A DNA stretch of 63,838 nt, filler included, from Reticulomyxa filosa (Eukaryota; Protista; Foraminifera), in the NCBI GenBank assembly GCA_000512085.1. It is 19 parts of 19 records of this genome, joined end to end, with 100 filler letters (N's around TTAATTAATTAA, not from the genome) between each part and the next. Parts side by side here need not be neighbours in the genome. Positions count along the whole stretch, not along the records: positions 1 to 1,352 come from ASPP01017187.1; positions 1,453 to 4,776 come from ASPP01001728.1; positions 4,877 to 6,639 come from ASPP01028272.1; positions 6,740 to 11,052 come from ASPP01024553.1; positions 11,153 to 14,196 come from ASPP01008114.1; 14 more parts are not named here. One strand, written 5' to 3'. Made by a program: the position numbers and the translations under genes. The notes below the pieces were generated by a model that saw only the letters and a program-made list of their open reading frames with translations, did not search any database and was not told the DNA's origin. This document shows, in pieces, positions 1-13,408 of this stretch (position 1 is the first letter of the stretch; every line of letters starts with the position of its first letter).

Positions 1-58
1 CCCCCCCCCTTCAACACAAAGTTTGACAAAAAAAAAAATAATAATAATACATAAACAG

Positions 59-489
59 AAGAATTTTTAATATTTGAGCAAACAAAATATGGATATGACA
101 ACTTGTCATATGCGGTGGTTGGCGGACATTTGGAAGAAAATGAAGATCCGCTTGAATGTGCGAAGCGCGAGTTGAAAGAAGAAATGCAACGCAAAACTTT
201 GAGAGACTCTGATTGGGTTTATTTTGGTCCTTATCGCACTGATGTCAATCGTGGCATTGGCTTTTGTCACACCTATTTGGCCCGGTACACTGTCCCCATT
301 GTCGAAAGTTCGAATGCCAAAGACAGTGATCACTTCATTCAAGAAAGTAGTGATGAAACTGAGAATTTGAAAGTTAAAAAGGTTAACTTAAATACACTTA
401 TTCAACATTATTTAAATGGAAAATTCAAAGAGGCAAAGTGGAGTAATACTGTTGGACTTTCACTGCTCCATCTTTTGTCACAACATTAA
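59..489 (+). CDS. Nudix hydrolase, last exon (5' partial)
   Basis: Nudix box GGHLEENEDPLECAKRELKEE; ACAG acceptor at about 55-58; stop TAA at 487-489. Confidence 0.85.
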
Positions 490-718
490 ATCCTAAAAAA
501 AAAAAAAAGCAGGTTTTCCCAAAAAGAAATTTATTTCGTTTTTTTTTCCCTTTGAGAAATAAAAACTTTTTTTCTAACTCTTTCGGTTTTTTAAACAAGG
601 AAAGGGAAACAATTGCAAACTATTAAAGAAAAAAAAACGTGATGAAAAATGTTAACTTAGCTGTTCACTGTAGAGGGGGCTTCTAAAAAAAAAATATATA
701 TATATAAAAAGTTGGATA

Positions 719-1256
719 ATGAAAGGCTGTGAGCATACTTTAGAACACTATCGCTCAGGTTGTCTCACTACGACTCTAGTGAATGATGCGGAAATCCCTT
801 TTATAAATCATGTGCCATTTACATTGCGCGGCCGAGACTTTGGCTGTAGTGTGCAGTCATTCTTGTACGTGTGGCAATGTTCGCCGGAAGTGTTTTGGAT
901 GGCGAATGTGGCGTTGGTGAAAAGGGATCCCCGCTGCGTAGGGTTAGTGGATCAATATTCATTTACAGGATCTCTGCACACAGAAATAGTGGAGCTGCAG
1001 ACGCCCAATATAATGTCATTAGCGGAAAGCGCAGTGCCACAAAAGAACGTGAAATGTCACTATCTGACCCAGGAGCCAAGTCGAGTGGGGCAGTCTTCGT
1101 TCACGATGACATATCAGTTGATGGAATTTAACAGTGAGACAGCATCATCCCGTCCGTTGGTAATCATCCACCAAGCCAACGTGAATATTGATCCAAAGAC
1201 ACATAAGCCCTTGTCACTGCGTCCAGAACGCCGAAAATATTTGGAAGGCAAAATGG
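719..1256 (+). CDS. Hotdog-fold acyl-CoA thioesterase-like protein (3' partial)
   Basis: SRVGQSSFTMTYQL...VNIDPKTHKPLSL matches the 4HBT/YbgC thioesterase C-terminal pattern; a GT donor and T-rich intron follow. Confidence 0.55.
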
Positions 1257-1352
1257 TTTGCATAAAAATATGTACATATATATTGTGTAATTATATGTTT
1301 GCATTTTAATATGATTTTTTTTTTTTTTTTTTTTTTTATTTACAAAAAAACT

Positions 1353-1452
1353 NNNNNNNNNNNNNNNNNNNNNNNNNNNNNNNNNNNNNNNNNNNNTTAA
1401 TTAATTAANNNNNNNNNNNNNNNNNNNNNNNNNNNNNNNNNNNNNNNNNNNN
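1353..1452. other. Artificial contig-joining spacer (first of 18 identical spacers)
   Basis: 44 N + TTAATTAATTAA (stops in all six frames) + 44 N. It recurs at 4777, 6640, 11053, 14197, 15419, 17939, 19971, 21218, 31220, 33323, 34823, 42669, 43818, 45171, 47448, 58052 and 61305. Confidence 0.98.
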
Positions 1453-1512
1453 AAAAAAAAAAAATAAATAATAATACAACATTTCTTTCACAAAAAGAAA
1501 TTAGACAAGAAC

Positions 1513-3401
1513 ATGGGAGATATACTAGAAGATGCAGAATTTATTAATGCTTTTGAGAGCTTCGTTTGTAGTTTTTCAGACATGTTTCATTGCCGAGGCA
1601 AAGCGAGTTAAAGAAAGTCTCGAGAAATAATAAACGTTAGAGTAAAAGAATATACGAATGACAAAAATATAGAATTCCCAATTGTGAAGATTCCCTCTCT
1701 GAGAAGCATTGCAAGACAATTGACATTCCCCATAAATGACAAATCTTTATCCAAGATCATAGAGATAAGCACGGAGAGTCCTTACGTGCATGGAACAGAA
1801 GCTAAGATTGACAAAGAGGTGCGCACGGGAGTCGAGCTGAGCAGTAAACAGTTTGTTCTGAAGAATTTTTTTCATAACCCACGCAATAACCCGATCTTAG
1901 AAAAAATCCGACTTGAGTTAGCTGGTCATATTGAATGCATTATCGCAGTGCCTTATAAATTTTTAGTATATGAAGCAGGTTGGCTGCTTTATATTTTTTT
2001 TAATAATTGTTATTTAAAAAAATTTTGTCTGATGTGAAGGCGGTTTTTTTAAGCCTCATGTGGAAACAAAGTGTCAAAAGGGACACTTTGCGACATTGCT
2101 GCTATCATTACCAACAGAAGAAGGATTCGAAGGTGGTAGTTTGATATTGTCATTTGAAGGCAAAAATGTTGAGTGGAATCCATCCCAAGAAGAAAAAAGT
2201 GACGGAGAACCTCTAATGGATTGGCTGGCATTTTACACCGACATTTCTTACGAAATTAAAACTGTCACCAAAGGACGACGCGTTATGATTGCTTTCAATT
2301 TGATTATTCCGACAGAGTTCCAAGATGATATCAAGTACTTTAATGCTAACGCAAAAAAATGAAACGTCATCGATGTCTTTGAACGACAAACGAGTTTTGA
2401 GGAATTTTTTTTTTACTTGTAAAGTTAAAAACAAATTGATAACACTCAATGAATTGAACAAAGATGGCTGAAACATTAGTACAAGGCGTACAAGGGCTGT
2501 TTAAACTAGACCTCAATCAAGTAATCGTAGATTTGATTATTACAATGGCAAATGACTATCGAGTCATTGAAGAAATTAAAAGACTACTATCCGGAAATGT
2601 GTATAGTAAGTGCGAAAAGTTTGGAAACATAGCAGTGTGCGTGGTGTTCTCTCATTGCTACACTGGACACAAGATTGAAGAAGGTGAATTCAATCGCGCA
2701 AATTTAAAAGGACGTGATGTCGCCATTTACACAATATTGAACCAAGTATTCCATTCTTTTGTAACATGTTGCAAAATTAACGCAGTGATTGGCGAATGGA
2801 GTAATGAATTTGATTCTGATCACGATAATGACGATCTTGAAGGCAGTTTTTTTTTTGTTTTTTTTTATTGGCTAAAGTTGTTTCCTTGTGTTTATGTCAA
2901 TGGATTGATGTATGTTTGGATTGACTAGGCAGGGTTACCGAAGAATGGACCGAAACGGATACACGTTGCAACTGGAATATTATTTTGGGACAAAGTTCTC
3001 TACAAATATTTTTTTTGTTTCTAATGTATACTTAAACTTTTTATTCTACCTCTCATCCCTCCAAATAATGTTGATTAGAAAATTATTGGACAACCCCAAA
3101 GTGGCTTGAGGAGACTGACATGAACCTTGATGACGACTGTCCAATCTATTTAGCATATGTAAACAAAAATCAAATATTACGCGATTCCAAACGTGTTAGC
3201 AAAGCGGAAATAAACTATGACAGCCGTGGCACGTACGACTTAAATAAACAGTACACTAGTACATGTTTAGTATTGGTAAAACCCAAAATGTCGATTTTAA
3301 AAAAGTATCGTAAAACTGTGAGAAAACCAGGAAAAAAAAGAAGATTGAGTGGAGCAAGCGAGAGTAGTTATGCATCCCCAACCAAAAAAGCAAAACAATA
3401 A
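1513..3401 (+). CDS. 2OG-Fe(II) oxygenase-fold protein, multi-exon, with altered metal ligands
   Basis: Splicing 1979-2039 gives YKFLVYEAG|GFFKPHVETK...FATLLLSLPT..FEGGSL...WLAFYTDISYEIKTVTKGRRVMIAFNL. Basic NLS-like C-terminus; downstream exon structure uncertain. Confidence 0.65.
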
Positions 3402-4459
3402 CATGTTAAAATAAGGTCAAGTGAATTCTTGGGGATAATACAGTTGTTAATGAAATTGAATTTGACTTAAATGTTGCAAAGTGCAATTTTTTTAATTTTT
3501 TGCCAAAAAATAATTATCATTTTGATTGGTCGTTTGATAGAGAAATGTCGTAAAAATTTAAACAAAGAATTTCAAAAAACACAAAATTAGAGAAAAATTT
3601 GATACGAAATGGTTAAAATTCTGTCTTACAATGTGAATCTACAAGAAATTCTTAACAAACACAAAAATATTGCCTGTTCTGCAAATTTCAATAAGTTAAA
3701 GTAAATTGATTACAAGAGTAAACAAAAAAATAATAAAAGAGGTTGACCGAAATAATCACCGAGTGACTTTTCATTTTATTAACATTATTAAGTTTTTTTT
3801 AGTCTTTAGTTAGCAAATAAGTTTTTGATACTTTGCTATTGGAGTTGAAAAATCTATTGTATCTAATATACTTTATAAAATCGTTTAACTGTCTGTCCTT
3901 GGCATAATGCACATAAAGTTTATCAATAATTATACGTAACGTTCGACTGTAAGTTGTTTTCAAGTGAGTTGTAGTAAGGCTCTTCACAAAAAAATGATGA
4001 TATTTGCACGAGCCCGATTACTTCCAAAAGCATTGACAAAATGCTTGCCCTCTAAGTGTTTGTTTGTTTGTAATGACATACACACTACATTATTTTTATG
4101 ATTTTTATAAAAATGATTGAATAGGTTACCAACATTGTTGCCAACAACAAAGGCACCAATAAGAAGGCAAACTCGTAGACCTACTCGTTGTTCTACCAGA
4201 GTCCCCCCCACCAAGTTTCATAATTACGACATAGGCACGATTGTAAACTTTTTCTAGAAAATTTTCAAAATTAATAAAATATTCAAATTTTTTAAACAAT
4301 TATGAAAGATTTAATAAAAAATTTAATTCAAAATGATATTTAAAAAATACACGATTTGTAGATATTTTTTTTAAATAAAAAAAAATTAAGTCTGAATTTT
4401 TTCATGTTAAAAATCAATAATCTCTATAAGGTACCGTTTTAGATGTAAAAAAGTATTGA

Positions 4460-4776
4460 TTATCTGATAATTTCAGAATCACAAATCATCAATATACCTA
4501 AAATATTATATGAATTACCAATATCCAGATGATTAGAATCCAATTTCTTCAATCTTGAATCTGATGCCTTCTTTCCAAATTCCATTGCCTTGTCATATTC
4601 TTGTTTATCATAATAAAATAATGCCAAATTTTTATATGAATCAGCAACATCAATGTGATCAGATTCCAATTTATCCAATTTAATTTTTAATGATTTATTA
4701 CAATATTCAATTGCTTTATCATATTCTCCTTTCTTTCCATAAACAAATGCCAAATTGTTGTATGAAGTAGCAACAT
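4460..4776 (-). CDS. TPR-repeat protein fragment (42-aa kinesin-light-chain-type TPRs), 5' partial, degenerate 3' end
   Basis: VATSYNNLAFVYGKKGEYDKAIEYCNKSLKIKLDKLESDHIDVADSY repeats running into the contig end. Confidence 0.85.
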
Positions 4777-4876
4777 NNNNNNNNNNNNNNNNNNNNNNNN
4801 NNNNNNNNNNNNNNNNNNNNTTAATTAATTAANNNNNNNNNNNNNNNNNNNNNNNNNNNNNNNNNNNNNNNNNNNN

Positions 4877-6639
4877 TCAATCCAGTCAATCCAGTCAATC
4901 CAGTCGAAAAGGTGCAGCAAAAGCCATTGGCACAAACAACGACATCGTCTTCGCAGACTACTCATTCGTCAGTATCATTGCGCATGTTGTCCAAAGATGC
5001 CAGTGCTCGAATCAAACAGACTGTCTCCCCTTTGCAGCCCAAGCGATGGTGGTCTTTCCATTCTGGACACAGAGACACGGACAAAGAGGAACATGCTGGA
5101 TACGATGGCAAGACGAATGTGAGTGGGAAGGATCAAGACAAGGATAGAGACAGAGACAAAGACAGGGACAAAGACAGGGACAAAGAGAAGGACAAGAATA
5201 ACGAAGATAAAGATAAAGATCATGTTCATGACAGCGATCATGTCAATAATAACGAAAGGGAAAAAGACGACAAACTTATACGCAGTTCGACGATCGACTT
5301 GCCGTCCACGTCGACCACCATTTCCGATCAGGACAGCCAAAGCGACGATCTTTTGACGCAGTCCATCGCGCTGACGTTTTTGGATAAGGAGGAGGACAAG
5401 GAGGTATACTTCAAGTACCTGATCAAGGAACAGGAAAAGAGCGGACTGATCGAAAAGTCCAATCGCATTACCAAGAAAGCCAGACTCATTATGTACTCGC
5501 GCAACGAAAAGGTAATCACCGTTCGCAAGAAATTGAACATTGTCGCCGCTGGCGATGTATTCGACGAGTCCATGCTGGAGCGCGAAGACAATGAGGACGA
5601 AGACGAGGACGAAAAAGCTTTGACCGATAAATATGGCGTGGATGAGGCCTTTGGTAATGTGAATAAAGGCGAAGAGAAAATTCAGTTTTCCATTCGCGTT
5701 AATGAAATACTATATCGCTGGCCTTATTTGATCTGCTACGAGCCACTATTCCCAAAGAACTTTAACTGCATTGAGCTGAATGCCGAACAATTGTCACAAC
5801 AAATCACCTTGATGAACTTTGAAATCTTTAAAAAGCTATCGCCGAGAGAGCTGTTCAAAAAGGCTTGGAAAAGGGAAGATCGCTGGCAAAAGGCCGCCCA
5901 TGTTTGTCATATGATCGATCAACACGAAGTGGAAGTCAAATGGGCACAAATGATTTTAATTGAGGCACCCAAAAAATCAAAGCGCATTCGTTGGCTAATG
6001 AAACTCATTGATATTGCTGAAGTTTTTCTTTTGTTCAAATAGTTTTCACATGCATATGTATTCTCTTTATTTGTTTATTGTGCACGCACGCACGCACGCA
6101 TGCATGCAAACAACTGTTGATTGCATGTTTAAAGTATTGCGAAAAGTATGGAAACTTTCAAACTCGCAGCGCGTTACATACGGCGTTGAATTCGTCGATG
6201 ATTATTAACATGCCTTGGGATTTCTTGTCGAAAAAACAAAAACAACGGTTTGAAGAGTTTCGCAATCGATTCGATTGGAAACAAACTAAGCTGTATGAAA
6301 TGCAAGAGGCCGCTGAGGCACCAGCCATCCCTTACATGGGATTATTTTGTAAAGTTTTTTTTAAAATTGAAGAGCACAGTGAATACATTAACGAAGATGG
6401 ATCCATCAATCGAAGAAAACTAATCAGTCTTATCAATCGAGCCGATCGTTTGGCCTGCTACAAAGATGTTTAGTAATTTTCAACATAAAAAAAAAAACAC
6501 ATATAATACTTAATTCTTTTACTGTTTGTTATGTGCAAATAAACAATACCTAATGCTGAAATATGGACTTGTTCAGATGAGCTATCAATTTCCTATCAAA
6601 TACGACTACCAATCGCAACTGTTGAAAGAGTGGAAAAAG
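4877..6639 (+). CDS. RasGEF (CDC25-domain) protein, partial, multi-exon
   Basis: AEQLSQQITLMNFEIFKKLSPREL..AW, KLIDIAE|YCEKYGNFQTRSALHTALNSS and PAIPYMGLF..INRRKL are CDC25 motifs; DK/DR low-complexity tract at about 5130-5230. Confidence 0.88.
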
Positions 6640-7910
6640 NNNNNNNNNNNNNNNNNNNNNNNNNNNNNNNNNNNNNNNNNNNNTTAATTAATTAANNNNN
6701 NNNNNNNNNNNNNNNNNNNNNNNNNNNNNNNNNNNNNNNAACGTGTGAAAGAAACTAATTTTTGATTTATTTGTATTTCAAGGGCAAAGTTTTATTTATA
6801 GATTTAATACATAGAAATTTTTAAAAATTTTTCCAATATTTTTTTTTTCTAAAAGAAAATTTTACATTACTATTTTTGGGTGTAACATGTCATATATTTA
6901 ACTTCATTCAGATGAAATGATAAATATGACATAATTTCATTTTTAGAAACAAATAGATTATCAAATATCTTAAATGAATTGTGCAAAGATCAATTTGCAT
7001 AGCTTTAAACATTTCATTTTTTTTAAAAAACTATGTTTTGATTTAAAAGAAGACGGAATCCTTACTTTTTTTATTTTCGGGCATAATCTTCGCATAAAGG
7101 CTTTTTTGAAGAAAATTTTGAATTTGCTATAGATTCTGAAAAAGGAATGATATTTGATATTACGTATTTTGGGAGACTTTTTTTAATTTGTCAGTCACAA
7201 ATTATATAAAAAATTGATTTTAAGGATTCAACGTTAGTTTTACCTGGATCCTTAGTTTTATTTTATAACAACAAATCTATTAAAAGAAAAGTGCTTTTAA
7301 GGATCTGTTTACAAATTGTTATGAAATTTATTATAATTCAATAATAATAAGCACTTATTGGCACATATGCTTTAATGCCGATACCTATAAGTAATGACAA
7401 AACCATTTGTTTTTAGTTTAAATATCAAAATCTTATAAAAACATTTCGTTATTGTTTCTTTTTTTTATTTTCTTTTTGTATTTGTGTATTTCTTCATCTT
7501 TTATTGATTTTTTGGATCACATTTTGTATTTCTTTGTTCAATTTATATTATGGAATTTTTTCAACTGAATTTTTGTTTCCAGATATGAAATGTCCAAGAG
7601 TACATATACATTTTTTAAAAAATGTAATAACAAAAAAGGTTCAGCGGAACCTGAAAAACAAAATTTCGTTTATAATAATAAATATTTTACTTTAAGAAAC
7701 TCACACAAAAAATAATAAAATCTTTTGTATTACTATGCTTTTTCTTCTGTGTTGTCTTGCATTTCAATCGGTAGGAAAAAAGTATTTAAATGCAACATAA
7801 AATTTTTTTTTTAAGTAGTTTATCACTACGTAAAATGGTTCTACTAGTTTTCATTGCAGGACGAATACGGACATTGACAAGGCACCGATACAAAAAAGTT
7901 CCCAAACAAG

Positions 7911-8597
7911 ATGACGATCATAAACGATAATGTGAATACGAACAGAAATACCAGCATGTACAAAGACACGAACGAGAATGCGAATGCGAATACAAACATC
8001 AACGAGAATACGAATATGAAAAAGAAAAATACCAAACGCAAATTGAAAGAAATTGCTGACGATAAAGATATCGAAGATAAAATTTTATGCTATTACATGT
8101 CCAGTAATCGGGTATGCATTATATATTTAAGTGTTTAGTATATCGTCTTTAAGCTATTTGTGTATGTCAGCTTATATTCTTACACATATACATACTACGC
8201 AAACAATATTTACGTAACAGTTTTATACACACAGTATGCAAAAAGATTATATAGAAACGTAGATGATTTTACGAAAGAATTATTGCACAACCTTCAACAT
8301 ACTATTGAAGACAATATAGTAAATATACAAAAATTATATCAAAAATTAAAAAAGAAAGAAAATAAAATATTTGCATGCAACAACGAATTACTTAAACTTA
8401 AAAACATATTTGGTTTAGACAAAGATGACGATATCTTGCAATCGATTGGACATTATAAATCGCCTGCTATCACATTTACACAAAAAGACAACTGGAGTTG
8501 CAGACATATACAATCATCAAATGATTTACAAACTTTTAGATATTGTTGCGACTGTGGAAAAGAAAGTAATAAAATTATTCTAGTTTATTGTACCTAG
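7911..8597 (+). CDS. Hypothetical two-exon protein or pseudogene inside the inverted-repeat element
   Basis: ORFs 7911-8138 and 8160-8597 joinable by a GT..AG intron; N-rich start, coiled coil, C-terminal CRH..CCDC motif. Confidence 0.35.
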
Positions 8598-8869
8598 CGT
8601 TTATTAGCGAATGCAATGAAAGAATTTTATTACAAGAAAAAGATAAACATATTAAAGATAAAAGAAAACCAATCAGCACGTTTGCAAAATGATGAATTTA
8701 ATTATTTTTTGATATTTTTCATTTTGAAATTTATAGTATCATTTGTCATTTTGAAATGGCGAAGCATATTAGCCTTTTTATGAAAGGAGTTGTGTTGACC
8801 AAGTTGCCAAACTTAAGTTGATTTTATTTTATTTTTTAATAAAATACAAATAAACACACGAAGAATAGG

Positions 8870-8935
8870 GCAATCTATGCTCATGGTGAGATATTCAGTT
8901 AGGAAGAGTACTAGGTTTGAATCCTGGAGATTGTA
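8870..8935 (+). tRNA. Degenerate tRNA-like sequence (tRNA pseudogene or SINE head); isotype not assignable
   Basis: 7-bp acceptor-like stem GCAATCT/AGATTGT; T-arm CTAGG-TTTGAAT-CCTGG (B-box-like); A-box-like TGCTCATGG; anticodon arm irregular. Confidence 0.3.
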
Positions 8936-11152
8936 TTAATATGATCAAATATTTATTAGAAAGAATCTTAAAAATGCTTGATAATAATGAATAAGAAAAA
9001 CTTAGTTGAAAATAAATAAAAATTAAAAATATAATTTTAAATAATGTTATAAAGCACAAAGAAAAAAAAAATAAATTCAATAAAAAACAGATTCTAAAAA
9101 AAACAAACAAATAAACAACAATCACCACAAATACACACGTTCTCACAACATGATGGTGTCCGTTTTAAACAACAAACTGGCGACATTCTCGTTACAATGT
9201 GTGTCTGCTCCAACAAACATTTGCACTGAATGTTTTTGTGAACAGTTTTTTACTGTTTTCATAAGATTAGTATAGAACAATATTTTTTTTCACCAAAATA
9301 ATAACGACAGTAAGAACGTCTAAAAAATTATTTTACTTTTTTGATATGGAAAATGTACGTTGTGCATATTACTGTGTTTATGGTTTGAATGTGAGTTGTA
9401 GTGTGCAAAATACGAATTTAACACCCAAATCAATAGAATCCAGCATGAATTTCTTGGTCATCTTCTATGCGAGTTGTTATTCAAGGGTAATTAAGTGTTT
9501 GTATTTATCATAAATGAGATGAACAACATAAAGTTTTAGCATACGTGTACAATGCCTAAAATCAAACTGGGACATGTTGCCGTTTTGAACAATGTTTGTA
9601 TGTCTCTTTCCGCTACCTTGAATTTAGAAAATTTTAGAAAGCATATAACATTTTTTTGTTTCAAAGATTTTTTGCAACGCACAATCATCAACAGTGTTAA
9701 TGTGTTATGAAAACTAACAAACGTTTATCTGCAAACATACAATAACAAAAGTTGTGAATAAACTCTTGAAGTAATAATTACAGTTCCTTAAAATTACAAC
9801 GTTTCAAACTTCAAGGAAAAATTAACGTTTGCTTTTCAAATAAATTCCTTAATAGAAAGAGTAATTATAATTTGAAATAATATCGCGAAGATGGATCAAT
9901 TTTCTTTTTGAACAAATTTTGGAAAACTTGTTCTCATGCGAAAGGAGTTGGAATTGATATTGTGTGCATGAGGCTCATAAAAAAATGTAAGTCTTATGCG
10001 TTTCTGTATGAACTAATCAATTCAAAGAAAAAAACATTTACTAATGCAATGTGGAGATTAATACCCTTTTTGAAATGTTATTTTGTTTTCTCGTGCATGA
10101 AAAAGTGTTTTCTTCAAAACTACTTTACGAAAAGATAAACTTTGGTTCAAATATTTGTACATTTGCATAATTTTTTTAAAAGACCAGCTGACAAGGAAAA
10201 GATATTTCTGTGTTTAGAATAATGTATTATTTACTATTTGTTTAAAATTACAGTTGACCCACTATCGTTTTTTGTTTGTATTTTAACATTAAATAATGCG
10301 AATAAAACATATTCAAATTAAATCATGTATGACAAAGTGAGTCTTATCACATTATATTACACTTTATTACACATTTTCCACATAGTAGTAAACAGTTTTT
10401 TTGAAAAATTAAAATGTCTAAAGCTATTTCTAAACAAAATTAGATAAAAGGCTTATCAATAAAATTGATCATATCTAAATCAATTAAGACTATACTAGTT
10501 GCAGCAACAACAATTTGTACAAAGATCCTTAAAGCATTTTTCTTTTAAATAGATTTATTGAGAAAATAAAATTCAGGATCCAGGTAAAACTAATTTTGTC
10601 GGATCCTTAAAATCAATTTAGTGAAATAATAATTATCGTGATTATAGAAAAGCAAAATTAAAGATACATAATGTTAAATTTTAAAAAAAGGAAAATTGAA
10701 AATAAAAAATGAATAATACATTGATTTGTTTTGTTTATTATTGTAAACAGTACTTAAGCATAAGTTATGAAAAAAAAGTCAAATGCTTTTTAGTTTTGCA
10801 AAGTAATCTGATAGAATATATCAAAAAATGTATAATGACTTTAATATATTTAAATATCTAGTGCAACCGACTTATGAACAAACAAAATTGAGTCAAGCAT
10901 GACTTATTTTTGTTTTAGCAAATTGTATTTTATGTATCAAATGAGTTTTTTCTGATCACTGTTTAGTGCAAAATTATGCACCAAAAACACACTTTTGTAG
11001 AACTTGGAAAGTACCACCAGGTCCGCGCTATCGCGACTCAATAACTCTTTTCNNNNNNNNNNNNNNNNNNNNNNNNNNNNNNNNNNNNNNNNNNNNTTAA
11101 TTAATTAANNNNNNNNNNNNNNNNNNNNNNNNNNNNNNNNNNNNNNNNNNNN

Positions 11153-11461
11153 TTTAAAGGACACACAAGCGTGGTATGGGCCGTTAACTATTTACCAGTG
11201 ACAATCGGTAGCAAAAATGGAAATGAAAATATAATATATTCTGGATCATGGGACAATACAATTCTTTTTTGGGATATTCGATCAGCGAAACAATTACATA
11301 CAGTTAAAGGAAACTCTAGTGAAGATGGTGGAATAACTTCTCTTCTTTTTTATCCTGTGAAAGATAACGAAAAGAAAAACTATAGTAATGATAGCCTTGG
11401 TTGTGGTATTAATCTGTGTTATGGCTCGAGCAATGGTCCCATTCGTATTTGGGGATATTAG
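11153..11461 (+). CDS. WD40-repeat protein C-terminus (expanded family), 5' partial
   Basis: FKGHTSVVWAV...SGSWDNTILFWDIRS...LCYGSSNGPIRIWG. Confidence 0.85.
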   Translation, partial: FKGHTSVVWAVNYLPVTIGSKNGNENIIYSGSWDNTILFWDIRSAKQLHTVKGNSSEDGGITSLLFYPVKDNEKKNYSNDSLGCGINLCYGSSNGPIRIWGY

Positions 11462-12194
11462 CATTTTTCCAATTTTCCATTTCGTGTGCAGTTTCATCTT
11501 TAGATTATTTGATCTCTTCTTAAGTATTCTGTTCATGTAATACAACAAAATTGTCAGTACTATTTCACAAAGTTGAATGCAAAACTATTTCTGTAAACAT
11601 GAAGTACCAGTCGCTACAATTGACTAGAGGATCTTTATCAGCACTTTTTAAGACTTTGTAGTGGTGCCAGGTCCTTTGAAAATCGATATTCAAGCCATCT
11701 TTGCTTCGAAATTGGACGTTGATGAAACTATATAGAATAAATGTCAATCTATGTATTGATTTCAGCAAAGGAGTTTAAACTGACTATTTTTAACAAAGAT
11801 AAATTGAATACGAATATAAGCATTGTATATTTGTAAAAACGTAAAACAGTACTTACCAACATCACTCAAGCAAAATTTGGTACATCAATTTATCAAAAAT
11901 TGTACTGTCTTGTCACAAAATGCTCTTTCTTGCCCTTTTTGTCTCATTCTTGTTTTTTTGCATGTCTTACATCCCGCCCTATCTGATATCCAATTTCATC
12001 AGACGAAAGCCGTGTTTGAACGCTTAATACTAGATATATTCCTTCAAAAAATACAAGTAAATAAAAATTTGGACAACAATATATTACAAAACATGACTAG
12101 ATCTGTTTTGAGTTTGGTTTTGGGGTCCGTGGTTCAAATCAAGTTTAAAGTATTCAATTGATGATAAAAATGATTGTTGTATTTTTTTAGGAGG

Positions 12195-13408
12195 ATGAAT
12201 GACAGTGATAAAATTCCAAAAAAATCAGCTGAAGAGAATAATTCTGTACCAAAAGAAATATATCTGGTAAAAATCTGTTCAGTAGTTTGCGTACAACATT
12301 AAAGCTATGTTATGTACAAAATAAAAAGCGAAATTTCCAAATATGGGACCAAACAGACAGAAAAAGAAGCTGGACTGATTACAGAAAACTGGATTCGGAA
12401 TGTAGGTATTTATTGGGGATGGATTGCCGACTTCGATCAGATTATTGCGAAATATGTTGCGTTTATTTTTTTATTTGCAATTAATATCAGTTGCAATGTT
12501 TTTTTTTTTTTTTTTTTTTGGACAGGTCAAATATTTTAGAGAATTCAAAACATTTAGTGGTCATCCTCACATTGCAGCATGTGCTCAATTTTCTCCTGAT
12601 GGTCGCACAATTTTATCTCCTACAAACGATGGCAAAATTCGTTTGCTGAATGCGATATCTGGAGAAAAAATTCAAATTTTGAAGGACATTCACGATGCGT
12701 GAATGCAGCACAATTTTCAATGAATGGTGTTTCAATTGTTTCGTGTTCGGATGATCGATCTGTTCGAATATGGGATGTAAAATCAGGACAACAAGTGAAA
12801 AAATTAGAAGGGCATTTACATTATGTATTGGATTCCCAATTTTCACCAAATGGAGAGACAATTGTTTCATGTTCGTGGGACCAAACAATTCGACTTTGGG
12901 ATGTTGCGTCAGGAAAAGAGATGCAAACTTTAAATGGACATTTAGGATATGTAACTGGGGTGCAATTTTCACCAAATTCTCTGCTTGTTGTATCGTGCTC
13001 TTATGACAAAACTATTCGAATATGGAATGTGGCAGCACGAAAAGAAATTCAAACACTGAATGGCCATTCAAGTTGGGTAAGAAAGGTCCAGTTTTCACCA
13101 GACGGTTCTATGATTGTATCATGTTCTAATGATAGCACTGTTGCATTTGGGATGTCAACTCCGGCAAACAAATACAAATTTTTCAAAAACATTCTGGATT
13201 TGTAACTGGAGCCCAATTTTCACCTGATTGTCAAACTATTGTGTCATGTTCTTTTGATAAAACTATTCGATTATGGGATATAAAATCAGGAGATGAAACA
13301 CAACTATTGAAAGGACATTCCAATTATGTGACAGGGGTATATTTTTCACCAGATGGCGCAACCATTCTATCATCTTCTTCGGATGGGACCATCCGGCTGT
13401 GGAGATGA
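12195..13408 (+). pseudogene. WD40-repeat gene with two 1-nt frameshifts (pseudogene or sequencing errors)
   Basis: GH..V..VQFSPDG..IVSCS.D.TIR.WD repeats; reading-frame shifts at about 12680 (T run) and about 13142; stop TGA at 13406-13408; N-terminal NWIR..GWI.DFD.IIAKY domain. Confidence 0.75.

Larger units (their letters stand above)
7211..10619. mobile_element. Putative degenerate DNA element bounded by ~110-bp imperfect inverted repeats
   Basis: 7211-7320 (aaattgattttaaggattcaacgttagttttacctggatccttag...aaggatctgtttacaaattgtt) aligns to the reverse complement of 10509-10619. Confidence 0.6.

Noticed and set aside
3799-4090. SWIM-like CQC...CKYH motif on the minus strand suggesting a MULE transposase remnant
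   Set aside because: Motif is imperfect, interrupted by a stop, and no other transposase features are visible.
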